From Bacteroidota bacterium (GTDB lineage Bacteria; Bacteroidota; Bacteroidia; Chitinophagales; Chitinophagaceae), in NCBI GenBank assembly GCA_023418315.1, contig JAEZZY010000019.1, forward strand, positions 11,574 to 75,573: a stretch of DNA of 64,000 nucleotides, written 5' to 3'. Positions 18,389 through 28,138 of the stretch are shown here, piece by piece. The stretch's first letter is position 1; the number at the start of each line of letters is the position of its first letter. Made by a program: the position numbers and the translations under genes. The notes beneath the pieces were generated by a model. The model had not been told where the DNA came from, did no database searches, and saw only the letters and a program-made list of their open reading frames with translations.

Positions 18389-20341
18389 CTATTCTTTTAT
18401 GAGCCGCTGCATACCTTGGTTGCCCTGTAGATTGGTAAACCGCATCAGGTACACGCCGGATGAAAGGTGATGTACAGAAATAGTCTCACGGTCTCCGCTC
18501 AGGGTTTTGCTCAGTACGCGGTTGCCCGACAGTGTATAAATTTCCAGCACGGTCTCTTTTCCTGCTTTTTCTATAGTTACTGCCTTTGAAACGGGATTGG
18601 GATAGACGGATAGCCCGGGAAAATCCTGTAGCTCATGTACTATATTCGTCGTAATCGTTACATAATGGCAGGCTGTATTGTTATCGCATCCATTGACGGT
18701 AGTAACACATACGGGATAGGTCTGAGTCCCGGTGTAGGTATGCGATGGGGTAGCCGTCCCGGTTGCGGTAGCTCCATCTCCGAAATCCCAGTTGATGGAA
18801 GTGTAAGGAGTAGTACCCGTATAGGTAAAGCTGAAGGAGTTGGTGCCGGTTTGTGTTACGGTGAAATCGGGATAAGGCATCTGGCAGGAGCAGTTGTTCT
18901 TGCCATGCCTGGCTATGAACCAGTTCATTTTATTGCTCCCCACGGTATATACCGGAGCGCCGGCGTGGTAGATGACAGAGTCAAACACTCCCGTACTGTA
19001 AAAGCCCGATTTATTATCTGCTGCAATGAGCCCTGTTTCTCCCCACGCATAGGCAGGCAGAGTATCTATCTGCATTACCGCGCCCGTAGCGGCATTGATC
19101 CTTGTAAAAAAAGGAATATTTCTTTTTGAATAAAGCTGATGCCCGCCCCAAGAGCTGCTATCGTTATAGGAGCCGGTTATTCCTATATCATTATTGACTT
19201 GTGCCATACTTTGAAAGGCGATTTTCCCATATTTCTGATGAGTTGCGTTGAGACTCCAAAGGCTGCCGCCGGCAGTATCTAAGGCGGCTATGTAAGGCAG
19301 GGAATTAATAGTAGAAGGTACTGTGCCGGTAAGGGTGTCTCCGTTAAATACACTATTGGGCATTCCTCCTCCCATAATAAACAGGTTGCCGTCGCGGTCG
19401 TTCGTAAGGGAAACGGCATCGCGGTTGTCGGCTTGCTTTACCCATATCATGCCGCCATTGGCCGCAAAAGCGGCAACGTACATGGGAGAGGTACTCCCTG
19501 CGGTGCTGATGGCAATACCTCCTATGGTAAGTGTGCCCATAGCGGCCTGGTTGTAGTTCCCGGCGATGTAGCACTTGCCACTTGCGTGGTCGCGGCTGAA
19601 TAAATTGGGAACTATCACCGTGGCATTTGCAGCAGGGGCGGTAGTGGTAATAGGTAGTGCTGTATGGCTCTGGAAAACACCGCTGGCGCTATACTCGACT
19701 ATATAATAGCCGTCGGCGCTTACCATGAACGTTCCGCCGTCATAAGTGCCGGCGGCGAGGTGTGCACACCAGAATAGGTGCCCGTCAGGGCTTACCGCGA
19801 GCCGGTGCATCTGTGCTTGTGGTGTGATATTCTGTGTGCGTTCCGGCATCTTAAACCACTGAAATGCGCCGTTGCTGTTGTACTTGATAATATATGAGCC
19901 GCTGAAGCCCCTTACAGAGGTATCGGTATCAAAATAGGCACTGTCGGTTGTTGAGCCGGTACTATTTATAACGCCTGAAACATATATCCCCTCCAAGCTG
20001 TCTGTTGCCATACCTATTGCGGACGAGTTGCCCAGCGCCGCTCCTCCCAGCACTTTCAACCAGCGGAAGTTGCCGTTGCAATCCCAGCTTGTGAGTGTCA
20101 TTTTGCACTTGGCATTATAGACCAAGTGTCCGTCTATGCTGCTTGTATCCCTATTCTCGCCAAGCAGATACACATTGCCATGTTTATCGGTAGCTGTAGC
20201 TATGGGCATGTATGAAAGTAGAGCATTAGGGTTTGTGCCCACATATCCTCCCCGTTTCAGCCATTGCCAGCTTTGCGCGGAGGTATGTAACATGCCAAAG
20301 AGCAGGAAAAGAACGGGGAGTAGTTTTTTTAGTATATTCAT
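18389..20341 (-). CDS. T9SS type-A sorting-domain protein with beta-propeller-like repeats and a PKD domain
   Basis: Signal peptide. PKD signature INWDFGDGATATG...PSHTYTG..TYPVCV. C-terminal LSVYPNPVSKAVTIE...GVYLMRFTN sorting domain. Confidence 0.8.
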   Translation of the reverse strand: MNILKKLLPVLFLLFGMLHTSAQSWQWLKRGGYVGTNPNALLSYMPIATATDKHGNVYLLGENRDTSSIDGHLVYNAKCKMTLTSWDCNGNFRWLKVLGGAALGNSSAIGMATDSLEGIYVSGVINSTGSTTDSAYFDTDTSVRGFSGSYIIKYNSNGAFQWFKMPERTQNITPQAQMHRLAVSPDGHLFWCAHLAAGTYDGGTFMVSADGYYIVEYSASGVFQSHTALPITTTAPAANATVIVPNLFSRDHASGKCYIAGNYNQAAMGTLTIGGIAISTAGSTSPMYVAAFAANGGMIWVKQADNRDAVSLTNDRDGNLFIMGGGMPNSVFNGDTLTGTVPSTINSLPYIAALDTAGGSLWSLNATHQKYGKIAFQSMAQVNNDIGITGSYNDSSSWGGHQLYSKRNIPFFTRINAATGAVMQIDTLPAYAWGETGLIAADNKSGFYSTGVFDSVIYHAGAPVYTVGSNKMNWFIARHGKNNCSCQMPYPDFTVTQTGTNSFSFTYTGTTPYTSINWDFGDGATATGTATPSHTYTGTQTYPVCVTTVNGCDNNTACHYVTITTNIVHELQDFPGLSVYPNPVSKAVTIEKAGKETVLEIYTLSGNRVLSKTLSGDRETISVHHLSSGVYLMRFTNLQGNQGMQRLIKE

Positions 20342-20544
20342 CGATATATAGTTTGGTTTTTATATGTATGAAAGTGGGTAAACCAAAAAGATCAGTCCTT
20401 TGTATTTTAGAGTAACTTTATTCATACTTACCCTACATAGTTTATTTAATTATCAAGCTGTTTACCACAGCTTTTTAAAAAAATTACAATGTACACATCC
20501 TGCCGGATAATGTCAAGCAGTTTAATTCTAAATTGCGGCAGTGC

Positions 20545-22044
20545 TTAGTCAGCCACCGCTATGCTTGCCCTGCTTTCATTCCAGAGCCTGTCTAATGCGG
20601 TTACTACATAGGAGCTTCCCGGAAATTTATAGGCTTCGGCATCGGTATAGGAGTTCCCTTGTTGAATGCCGATGATGTTTTGCGCCCGTGTCAGATTTAT
20701 CTGATGTCCTTTAGGGAAGCGATATACGGAGAACCTTAGGGAAGTATCCTTGTGCGTATAAGGCATTGTCCAGGTAAGCTGATAGCCGTTTGCCGTTTGA
20801 ATTCCTTTCAAAATAGGAGCCGGTGGCGGAATGCTGTCTATCCATGGCATCACCGGCGGAAGGGCGATGTATTTTCCGTATCTGTTTTCAAGGCTGTCGG
20901 CAAGTGCAGGTTTTATTTTATCGAAATTGGAGCTGCTGTATAGGGAATATCCCGGTGTGGCGGTTTGGGTGCGGATGTCTCTTATTTGCCAGAGTAGTTC
21001 GTTTGGGCTTATCCAAGGACCGCTTTTCGCGTTCAACATCCTATATACGCCGAGTCCGTAATAAACATGACGGTTATAGCTGTTTTTTTCCCACCAGGGT
21101 AGTAGTACTTCAAAGGGTGCGGCGCGGTGGTAATGTTCCCAATAGAGCTGCGGCATTACATAGTCTATCCATCCTTTTTGCAACCACAATAGAATGTCGG
21201 AGTATAAATCGTCATAGCAGGTTTGCCCGCCGCGCGTAGCGGAGCCGCGAGGGTCTTTACTGCTATTGCGCCAAACGCCAAACGGACTGATACCGAATTT
21301 TACATAAGGCTTCAGTTGTTTTATTTTCCTGTTTAGCTCTTCTACAAAAACGTCCACATTATTTCTGCGCCAGTCATCCTTGCTTGCAAATCCTTTTCCG
21401 TATTTAGCATAGGCTTTATAGTCACCAAATTCCTGACCGGCTATACGATAAGGATAAAAATAATCATCCAGATGCACGCCGTCTATATCATAGCGTTTCA
21501 CGACATCGGTAATTATTTTCAGCACATAATCTTTTGCTTCCGGCTCACCGGGGTTGAGGTAGGATTTTCCTCCATAGTGAATAATCCATTCGGGATGTGT
21601 GCGGGTGATATGTCCCGGCGGATTGGGATTTTTTTTGCTGTCCGTAAGGGCGCGGTAGGGATTGAACCAGGCGTGGAATTCCATATTTCGCAGATGGGTC
21701 TGCTCTATCATAAATTCCAACGGGTCATAGTAAGGTGAAGGCGGCTGGCCTGCTTTTCCGGTAAGGTAGCGGCTCCACGGTTCATAGGGAGAAGGATAAA
21801 ACGCATCGCTTACCGGGCGTATTTGTACGATGACGGCATTGCAGCCTAAGCGTTGCAACTGATTGAGGCGGTTGATAAATTCCTGTTGCTGCTCGCTTGC
21901 CGTCAAGCCCGGCTTTGAAGGCCAGTCTATGTTGGAAACCGTAGCAATCCATGCCGCACGAAACTCGCGCTTAGGAATCTGTGCTTGGGAAGAAATAAAA
22001 AATGATAAGAGGATAATGGATAATAATAAACGATACATAATCAT
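20545..22044 (-). CDS. Glycoside-hydrolase-like family 10 (GHL10/YngK-type) protein
   Basis: Signal peptide followed by REFRAAWIATVSNIDWPS, plus a TIM-barrel-like pattern typical of the DUF187/GHL10 family. Confidence 0.7.
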   Translation of the reverse strand: MIMYRLLLSIILLSFFISSQAQIPKREFRAAWIATVSNIDWPSKPGLTASEQQQEFINRLNQLQRLGCNAVIVQIRPVSDAFYPSPYEPWSRYLTGKAGQPPSPYYDPLEFMIEQTHLRNMEFHAWFNPYRALTDSKKNPNPPGHITRTHPEWIIHYGGKSYLNPGEPEAKDYVLKIITDVVKRYDIDGVHLDDYFYPYRIAGQEFGDYKAYAKYGKGFASKDDWRRNNVDVFVEELNRKIKQLKPYVKFGISPFGVWRNSSKDPRGSATRGGQTCYDDLYSDILLWLQKGWIDYVMPQLYWEHYHRAAPFEVLLPWWEKNSYNRHVYYGLGVYRMLNAKSGPWISPNELLWQIRDIRTQTATPGYSLYSSSNFDKIKPALADSLENRYGKYIALPPVMPWIDSIPPPAPILKGIQTANGYQLTWTMPYTHKDTSLRFSVYRFPKGHQINLTRAQNIIGIQQGNSYTDAEAYKFPGSSYVVTALDRLWNESRASIAVAD

Positions 22045-22188
22045 ATAGTGAACTACGCAAAGCTACTCCCTATGCGCTTTCTAAAAAATAAATAGGACAA
22101 TACCGTGATAATAAATATCCACAAAACAGGTTATAATGTGTAAACTTAGCGGTAGCAAACGTTCTCTGTTGTATTTTTAACCCGTTTT

Positions 22189-22767
22189 ATGATCAGGAAT
22201 ATTATATCGGCTTCCATAGAAACGAAGCAAAAGATCCTTTCCAATGAGCCGCTGCTGCACACGATTGAGCAAACGGTGGAGGTAGTCGTTAGCGCATTTG
22301 AAAACGGCAATAAAGTGCTTTTCTGCGGCAATGGCGGCAGTGCGGCGGATGCACAACATCTTGCCGCCGAGTTTAGCGGGCGCTTTTATACCGACCGCGA
22401 TCCGCTGCCTTCCGAAGCGCTTCATTGCAATACGTCTTACCTCACTGCCGTTGCCAATGATTACTCCTACGATGTGGTTTATAGCCGGATGGTAAAAGGA
22501 ATGGGGCGAAAAGGAGATGTATTGATAGGGCTGAGTACCTCGGGAAATTCCGTGAATATTTTAAACGCTTTGGAGCAGGCGAAAAAAATTGGTATGATTA
22601 CTGTATGTTTTACGGGAGAAACCGGTGGTAAAATGAAAGACCAATGCGATTATCTGATTAACGTACCCAGTACCGACACACCGAGAATACAAGAATCGCA
22701 CATCATGATCGGACATATTATCTGCCAGCTCACAGAAGAAAAATTATTTAAAAAAGTCAACCCATGA
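22189..22767 (+). CDS. gmhA: D-sedoheptulose-7-phosphate isomerase (SIS domain)
   Basis: VLFCGNGGSAADAQHLAAEF, GLSTSGNS and QESHIMIGHIIC match GmhA. Confidence 0.85.
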   Translation: MIRNIISASIETKQKILSNEPLLHTIEQTVEVVVSAFENGNKVLFCGNGGSAADAQHLAAEFSGRFYTDRDPLPSEALHCNTSYLTAVANDYSYDVVYSRMVKGMGRKGDVLIGLSTSGNSVNILNALEQAKKIGMITVCFTGETGGKMKDQCDYLINVPSTDTPRIQESHIMIGHIICQLTEEKLFKKVNP

Positions 22768-23342
22768 ACAGCTTTGATAGAAATATAGAAATAGATAAGA
22801 CCTGGACGCTTTTCCTCGACCGAGATGGAGTTATTAACGAAGAAAACTTAGGCTCTTACATCACAACCTGGGAAGAATTTGTGTTTTGCGACGGTGCCTT
22901 GGAAGCCCTGAAACAGCTCAAGGAAATCTTCGGACAAATCGTAATCGTTTCCAATCAACGGGGCGTAGGACGAGGCATCATGAGTATAGATGCGCTGAAA
23001 GAAATTACATCCAACATGATAGCCGCTATAGCCGAGCATGGCGGAAAGATTGACAAAGCCTATGCCGCCACTGCTGTGGCAGACAGCGACCATAATCGCA
23101 AACCCAACACCGGTATGGCATTACAAGCCAAAGAAGATTTTTCGGAAATAGACTTTAAGAAAAGCATCATCGTAGGAAACTCCCTAAGCGATATGGAATT
23201 TGGTAAAAGACTGAATATGCACACCGTATTTCTCACTACCAAGCATGAGCCGTTCACGCTGCCTCATGACCTTATTGACGAGCAATATCCTTCCTTGTTC
23301 GCATGGGCAAAGAGCATGATGCTTACACCGAGTGTTTGCTAA
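22764..23342 (+). CDS. gmhB: D-glycero-D-manno-heptose-1,7-bisphosphate phosphatase (HAD-IIIA)
   Basis: LFLDRDGVIN (DxD motif), SNQRGVGRG and HNRKPNTGM. The ATG overlaps the gmhA stop (ATGA). Confidence 0.75.
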   Translation: MNSFDRNIEIDKTWTLFLDRDGVINEENLGSYITTWEEFVFCDGALEALKQLKEIFGQIVIVSNQRGVGRGIMSIDALKEITSNMIAAIAEHGGKIDKAYAATAVADSDHNRKPNTGMALQAKEDFSEIDFKKSIIVGNSLSDMEFGKRLNMHTVFLTTKHEPFTLPHDLIDEQYPSLFAWAKSMMLTPSVC

Positions 23343-23437
23343 CGTTTTTTTAAAGAAAAGTAGGTAAATGAGTCGCTGTAGGGCGGCTCTTTTATTTTTT
23401 CTCCGGACGAAAATAACGTTGAGTGTATCTTTTGAAA

Positions 23438-23872
23438 TCATCGGCGGAAGGTTTCTAAAACCTTGTAGGACTTATTAGACTGTAACGTTACGCCTAACCC
23501 TATTTCTGTCAGGAGATTTTGCCGGTGTTCCCGGTATTGAACGTTAGGATGGAATGTGTATCTGAGATTGCCATTAGCGTATAACCATCTCCATACTCGT
23601 ACCGTTACATTCAGTCCTGCCTGTAAGCCGAAATTCCATTTTCTGCCTGTACTTACTATAGCGTCAAATACGCTGTTGCCCTGAGAAAAAGCAGCCAACA
23701 CAACCGTATGGCTTGTGAGCCCATAGTTAATACCTCCTAACCCACGCAGTTGTAAATCTTTTTTATCTAAAAAAGTATAACTGTAGTTTAGCCCAAAAGC
23801 GCCATAATTTATGTCGAGTATTTGGTTATCCATAATTATGTCCTTATTATATTCCCGATAAAAATAGGTCAT
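23438..23872 (-). CDS. Hypothetical protein, beta-strand-rich, possibly a 5'-truncated outer-membrane beta-barrel gene
   Basis: Alternating aromatic/Gly strands (INYGAFGLNYSYTF, GGINYGLTS, NFGLQAGLNVTV). No signal peptide. The frame stays open upstream to 24061 without an ATG. Confidence 0.35.
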   Translation of the reverse strand: MTYFYREYNKDIIMDNQILDINYGAFGLNYSYTFLDKKDLQLRGLGGINYGLTSHTVVLAAFSQGNSVFDAIVSTGRKWNFGLQAGLNVTVRVWRWLYANGNLRYTFHPNVQYREHRQNLLTEIGLGVTLQSNKSYKVLETFRR

Positions 23873-24069
23873 GTAAATCTCAACACCGTGATGATTTTTT
23901 TCCAGCCTGTAATTTATTGCCGGTATATAAAGGACATTAGTGTTTATTGCAGGTACAGGATTGAAGTTGTCTTTTTCTCTATTAAAAAAATCAGCGTGAA
24001 CCGGCAGGTTTATACCAATTTGATGTGAGAATTGGCTGCTTGATGTGTAATAAAATAAAATTTATTCTT

Positions 24070-24318
24070 TTATAAACTGCGTATATCCGGCACGCATAAC
24101 AAACAAATCAATTTTTGTCCAGACATAGTTTGCATAACTATGCGCTCTGTTTGCCAAATTACTTTAACTATTTCATTTTTTAGAATATTGTTAAGAGAGT
24201 TAGTCTGGGATAACTTATCATAGCCTGGGAACGGTTTTTTAATAGTTATGCGTGTACCCTCTTCGATGAAAAAAGAGAATTGCAAAAGCAAATAAACCGT
24301 TAATATGTACCGCAGCAC
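24070..24318 (-). CDS. Small hypothetical ORF (82 aa), doubtful
   Basis: Only an ORF with a hydrophobic N-terminus (MLRYILTVYLLLQFSFF). It lies immediately upstream of the ATG-less open frame 23438..24061. Confidence 0.2.
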   Translation of the reverse strand: MLRYILTVYLLLQFSFFIEEGTRITIKKPFPGYDKLSQTNSLNNILKNEIVKVIWQTERIVMQTMSGQKLICLLCVPDIRSL

Positions 24319-24418
24319 TCGGTTTTTTATCGTTTAATTCAGAACCCCTTAATTTTGCTCTTTCGTTTCAAATTCAAACCGAACATCCAACTGTTCATTA
24401 AACCATAAATTGTTTCAG

Positions 24419-25255
24419 ATGAAAAAACAGATCATCCATATAGGAGTAGCTGCTGCTATCATCCTGTCTGCCGCTGCTTGCGGAGAGAATACTACCGACA
24501 ACAACACTGCTACGGATACGGTAGCTGCCGAAGTTCCTTCTACTCCCGTAGCGCTTGCCGAAGTGTCTGCTTCACCGGATTTTCCCGGGGCTACGCTCAC
24601 TATGGGTAAAACAGAGGCGACTGCCAGTGGCGATAGTGTAAGTGTTACGTTCCATTTCGATGTGAAAAATTATGAGTTGAAAGCACAGACCGCTGATGCC
24701 GCCGATAAACTTTGTAACAATTCCAAAGACGGGCAGCATATTCATTTCATCCTTGATAATAAACCTTACTCCGCATTGTACGAACCCACTCATAAAATAA
24801 CCCTTGCGAAAAATACAGAGCATATTTTAGTCGCGTTCTTGTCCCGCTCCTACCACCAATCGCTAAAAAATAAAGAAGCAGGTTTGTTGTACCATTTTAA
24901 AATAGATGAAAACGGAAAGGTGCAGCAACTGGATGCGCCCACCACGCCGATGATTACCTATAGCCGTCCTAAAGGAGATTATTTAGGAAAAGACACCGAG
25001 AACATCCTGCTGGATTTCTATGTATGGAATGCTACACTGGGCAATAATTATAAGGTGAAAGCGGATATCCGCACCGGTGGCAAAGACACTTCCTTCACCA
25101 TCAGCGAATGGAAATCTTACTTTCTGAACAACCTTGCGATGGGTACCTCTACTATCAAACTTTCCTTAGTAGATAAAGACGGGAATAAAGTGGAAGGTCC
25201 TGAAACGGAAGTGAGTCGCGACATCAACCTGGCGCAGGATGAGCCGATGAAATAA
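24419..25255 (+). CDS. Hypothetical lipoprotein (contains a GQHIHFILDN motif)
   Basis: MKKQIIHIGVAAAIILSAAACGEN lipobox (ATG 24419 is preferred over the track start 24410). No confident family assignment. Confidence 0.6.
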   Translation: MKKQIIHIGVAAAIILSAAACGENTTDNNTATDTVAAEVPSTPVALAEVSASPDFPGATLTMGKTEATASGDSVSVTFHFDVKNYELKAQTADAADKLCNNSKDGQHIHFILDNKPYSALYEPTHKITLAKNTEHILVAFLSRSYHQSLKNKEAGLLYHFKIDENGKVQQLDAPTTPMITYSRPKGDYLGKDTENILLDFYVWNATLGNNYKVKADIRTGGKDTSFTISEWKSYFLNNLAMGTSTIKLSLVDKDGNKVEGPETEVSRDINLAQDEPMK

Positions 25256-25305
25256 ATCACTTGTCTTCCTATAACGAAGTTTATTTTTAAGAAATAACTA
25301 TCTTC

Positions 25306-25333
25306 AAAGCTCCCTATAAAAGGGGGCTTTTTT
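25306..25333 (+). terminator. Rho-independent terminator abutting the next start codon
   Basis: AAAGCTCCC-tataaaa-GGGGGCTTT (one G-U pair) followed by TTT, then the ATG at 25334. Confidence 0.6.
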
Positions 25334-25813
25334 ATGAAACAGATTGTGTTTTTATTCGCAGCTTGTTGTGGTGTAACGGCATGTATGCCGGAAAATCATT
25401 CGCAAAGAATAGATAAATTGAATTGGATTTTAGGAGCATGGGAAGCTGCGGAGAAGGACGGCAAGTTTATCGAAGCATGGACTAAGCAAAACGACAGTTT
25501 ATTTATAGGCAACGGCTTTTTTATTACTCCTGAAAATGATACCCCGTTTCGGGAAACACTTTCCATAGAAAACAAAAACGATACGCTGTATTATATCGTA
25601 ACCACGGTACAGAATGGGGAAGTTGGAGTAAGATTTCAAGAACATTCCATGACGGAGGAAACCATCATCTTTGAAAACCCGAAGCATGATTTTCCCCAAC
25701 AAATCATTTATACCCGTACCGATGATAAACACCTTGTAGCTAAGATTACCGGCACGCAAAACGGGAAGACCCGCACGGAAGAGTTTAGACTGAAAAGGAT
25801 ACCCGAAAGTTAA
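25334..25813 (+). CDS. DUF6265-like lipoprotein
   Basis: Lipobox VTAC. LNWILGAWEA...FENPKHDFPQQIIY resembles the DUF6265 family as I recall it. Confidence 0.45.
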   Translation: MKQIVFLFAACCGVTACMPENHSQRIDKLNWILGAWEAAEKDGKFIEAWTKQNDSLFIGNGFFITPENDTPFRETLSIENKNDTLYYIVTTVQNGEVGVRFQEHSMTEETIIFENPKHDFPQQIIYTRTDDKHLVAKITGTQNGKTRTEEFRLKRIPES

Positions 25814-25890
25814 TAAGGAGTTTTGTGAAAAAAATAAAATGAGCCAATCATTATTGCTTACTCCCAAACGAAACCCACCGTCTGTTTTTC

Positions 25891-27381
25891 TTACAGCACA
25901 TTCCCAAAAAACATATAGCATAAAAACACGGAGGTGATGATGCCGACTAAGTCTGCAAGCAGCATAGCGCCTACGGCATAGCGGGTGTTGCGTACAGATA
26001 CCGCACCGAAGTAAACAGCAATCACATAAAACGTGGTATCGGATGAGCCTTGTAAAATGCAGGACAGCCTGCCCGCAAAAGAGTCGGCACCAAAGGTTTT
26101 CATCGTATCCACCATCATGCCGCGTGCACCGCTGCCGCTCAGCGGTTTTATTAAAGCCGTAGGGAGTCCGTCCACAAACCGGGTGTCAGTACCGAGTGCC
26201 GTAAATATACTTTTGATGCCGTTGATAGCCACGTCGAAACTGCCACTGGTGCGCAACAAGCTGATGGCTACCAGCATTCCTACAAGGTAAGGAATGATCT
26301 TCACCGCCGTTTCAAAGCCGCCTTTCGCCCCTTCCACAAAAGCGTCGAACACGTTGATTTTTTTATACAAGGCTCCTATAACAATGAGTAGGAAAATGAG
26401 CAGAATCAACCCATTGCTTAGCACACTTGAAAACTGATTGACTCCTTCCACATTCAACGAACGGATATACACCACCAGCAACGCTATAAGAGCGGAGATG
26501 CTACCGATCCATGCCAGCACTACAGGTTGCAGCAGGTTTATTTTTTGTTTGAAAGAAACCACCATCATAGCGGCTATGGTAGCTACGAATGTAGCAATCA
26601 TGCAGGGCACGAAAATATCCGTAGGCGAGGAAGCTTTCAGCGCCGCGCGTGTAGCGATAATGCTTACGGGAATGAGGGTAAGCCCGGATGCATGCAGGCA
26701 AAGGAACATGATTTGCGCATCGCTTGCACGTTCTTTATGAGGATTTAATTCTTGCAGACTTTCCATTGCCTTTAGCCCAAAAGGTGTCGCCGCATTATCT
26801 AACCCTAACAAATTGGCGGAAAAATTCATCATCATGTGTCCGTGTGCGGGGTGGTCTTTGGGCACTTCGGGAAATAGCTTGGAGAAGAACGGCCCGATGA
26901 TTTTGGAAAGTAACCGGATACCGCCGGCTCTTTCGGCAATGCTCATAAAACCCATGAACAAGGCCATAATACCAATTAATCCGATGCAGATATTCACGGC
27001 GGTTTTACACGTTTCTATAATGCCATCTGCTTTTTTATGAAGTTTATTTTGCAAGGAAGCATAGCTAAAAACCTCCGTGGCAGGGAAGAGCTGTTGTGCT
27101 TGCTTTACGGAATCGTGTTGCGGATTTTCGGCTATAATGATTTGTGGAGTATGCAGGGAATCGGCTGCTGCGTAGCCATAGCCTGCTATCAGTTTCTGAT
27201 AATTCTCCCTTGTTATTTTTTCAGGATTTCCTTGTAGCCGGTAATACACGGTATCATAGGCATCATCTGCTTTGCCCGTTACCATTCTGCTGAAGATGGC
27301 CGCATCACCGCCGATGTATTTTGCGCCTGCTACCAAGACGGCGATGAGGATAAATGCCGACCATATTCTGCTTAAGGCCAT
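25891..27381 (-). CDS. Nucleoside-recognition (Gate) domain membrane protein, SpmA/SpmB-like fusion
   Basis: 496 aa, polytopic. The N-terminus MALSRIWSAFILIAVLVAG and duplicated Gate-like halves are typical of this family. Confidence 0.65.
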   Translation of the reverse strand: MALSRIWSAFILIAVLVAGAKYIGGDAAIFSRMVTGKADDAYDTVYYRLQGNPEKITRENYQKLIAGYGYAAADSLHTPQIIIAENPQHDSVKQAQQLFPATEVFSYASLQNKLHKKADGIIETCKTAVNICIGLIGIMALFMGFMSIAERAGGIRLLSKIIGPFFSKLFPEVPKDHPAHGHMMMNFSANLLGLDNAATPFGLKAMESLQELNPHKERASDAQIMFLCLHASGLTLIPVSIIATRAALKASSPTDIFVPCMIATFVATIAAMMVVSFKQKINLLQPVVLAWIGSISALIALLVVYIRSLNVEGVNQFSSVLSNGLILLIFLLIVIGALYKKINVFDAFVEGAKGGFETAVKIIPYLVGMLVAISLLRTSGSFDVAINGIKSIFTALGTDTRFVDGLPTALIKPLSGSGARGMMVDTMKTFGADSFAGRLSCILQGSSDTTFYVIAVYFGAVSVRNTRYAVGAMLLADLVGIITSVFLCYMFFGNVL

Positions 27382-27476
27382 ATTGTTGTTTTGTTATGTT
27401 GCATAGGGCATCAGTTATCTATTTGCCTTTGAAAATTTCCTTTTGAAATTTGTTATTTAAAATTCCCTTTTCCTCT

Positions 27477-28061
27477 TTATGTCTTCTGCTTACTCATCCA
27501 TTTAGGGATTTCAAGAGTAGGTTTATAATGCCACATATTTTCCAGCAATTCAAAAATATCATCGCTTACGAGAATCATCTTCATAAAATCTTCTTTCAAA
27601 AAACCTTCCCGTACCATATTGTTCAGAAACACGAGAAGCGGTTCATAAAATCCGTTGACGTTTAAGATACCTATCGGTTTTTGATGCAAGCCGAGTTGCG
27701 CCCAGGTCATCATTTCAAAAAGTTCTTCCATAGTACCCCAGCCACCCGGCAAGGCAAGGATGCCGTTGCTGTGCTCGTGCATTTTTAGCTTGCGCTCGTG
27801 CATGGTATCTACCAGTATCAATTCGGAAAGATGGTCATGCGCTATTTCTTTGGTTTGTAAAAAATGGGGGATGATGCCTATAATCCTGCCATTATTTTGC
27901 AATACGCCTTCCGCTAATGCACCCATCAGCCCCAGCTTGGAGCCCCCGTAAATCACGTCAATATTTTTTTCTGCAAGCACCACACCGGTTCGGTAAGCCG
28001 CTTCGGCATATACTTCATCATAGCCGTAATTGGAGCCGCAAAAGACAACCATACTTTTCAT
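27477..28061 (-). CDS. LOG-family (TIGR00730) nucleotide phosphoribohydrolase
   Basis: VVFCGS, GGSKLGLMG and the PGGWGTMEELFE signature. Confidence 0.85.
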   Translation of the reverse strand: MKSMVVFCGSNYGYDEVYAEAAYRTGVVLAEKNIDVIYGGSKLGLMGALAEGVLQNNGRIIGIIPHFLQTKEIAHDHLSELILVDTMHERKLKMHEHSNGILALPGGWGTMEELFEMMTWAQLGLHQKPIGILNVNGFYEPLLVFLNNMVREGFLKEDFMKMILVSDDIFELLENMWHYKPTLEIPKWMSKQKT

Positions 28062-28138
28062 AGGATGACGATGTGTAGAAAATGATTAGTGGAACAAATA
28101 TAACAGCTATATCGGGAAAGAAAGAACAGACAGGAGGG

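Noticed and set aside
27382-27476. Three tandem-like TTTGAAA(A)TTTCC/G motifs between the LOG-family gene and the SpmA/B-like gene as a regulatory repeat
   Set aside because: The repeats are short, imperfect and in an AT-rich spacer, and I cannot distinguish them from chance without comparative data.
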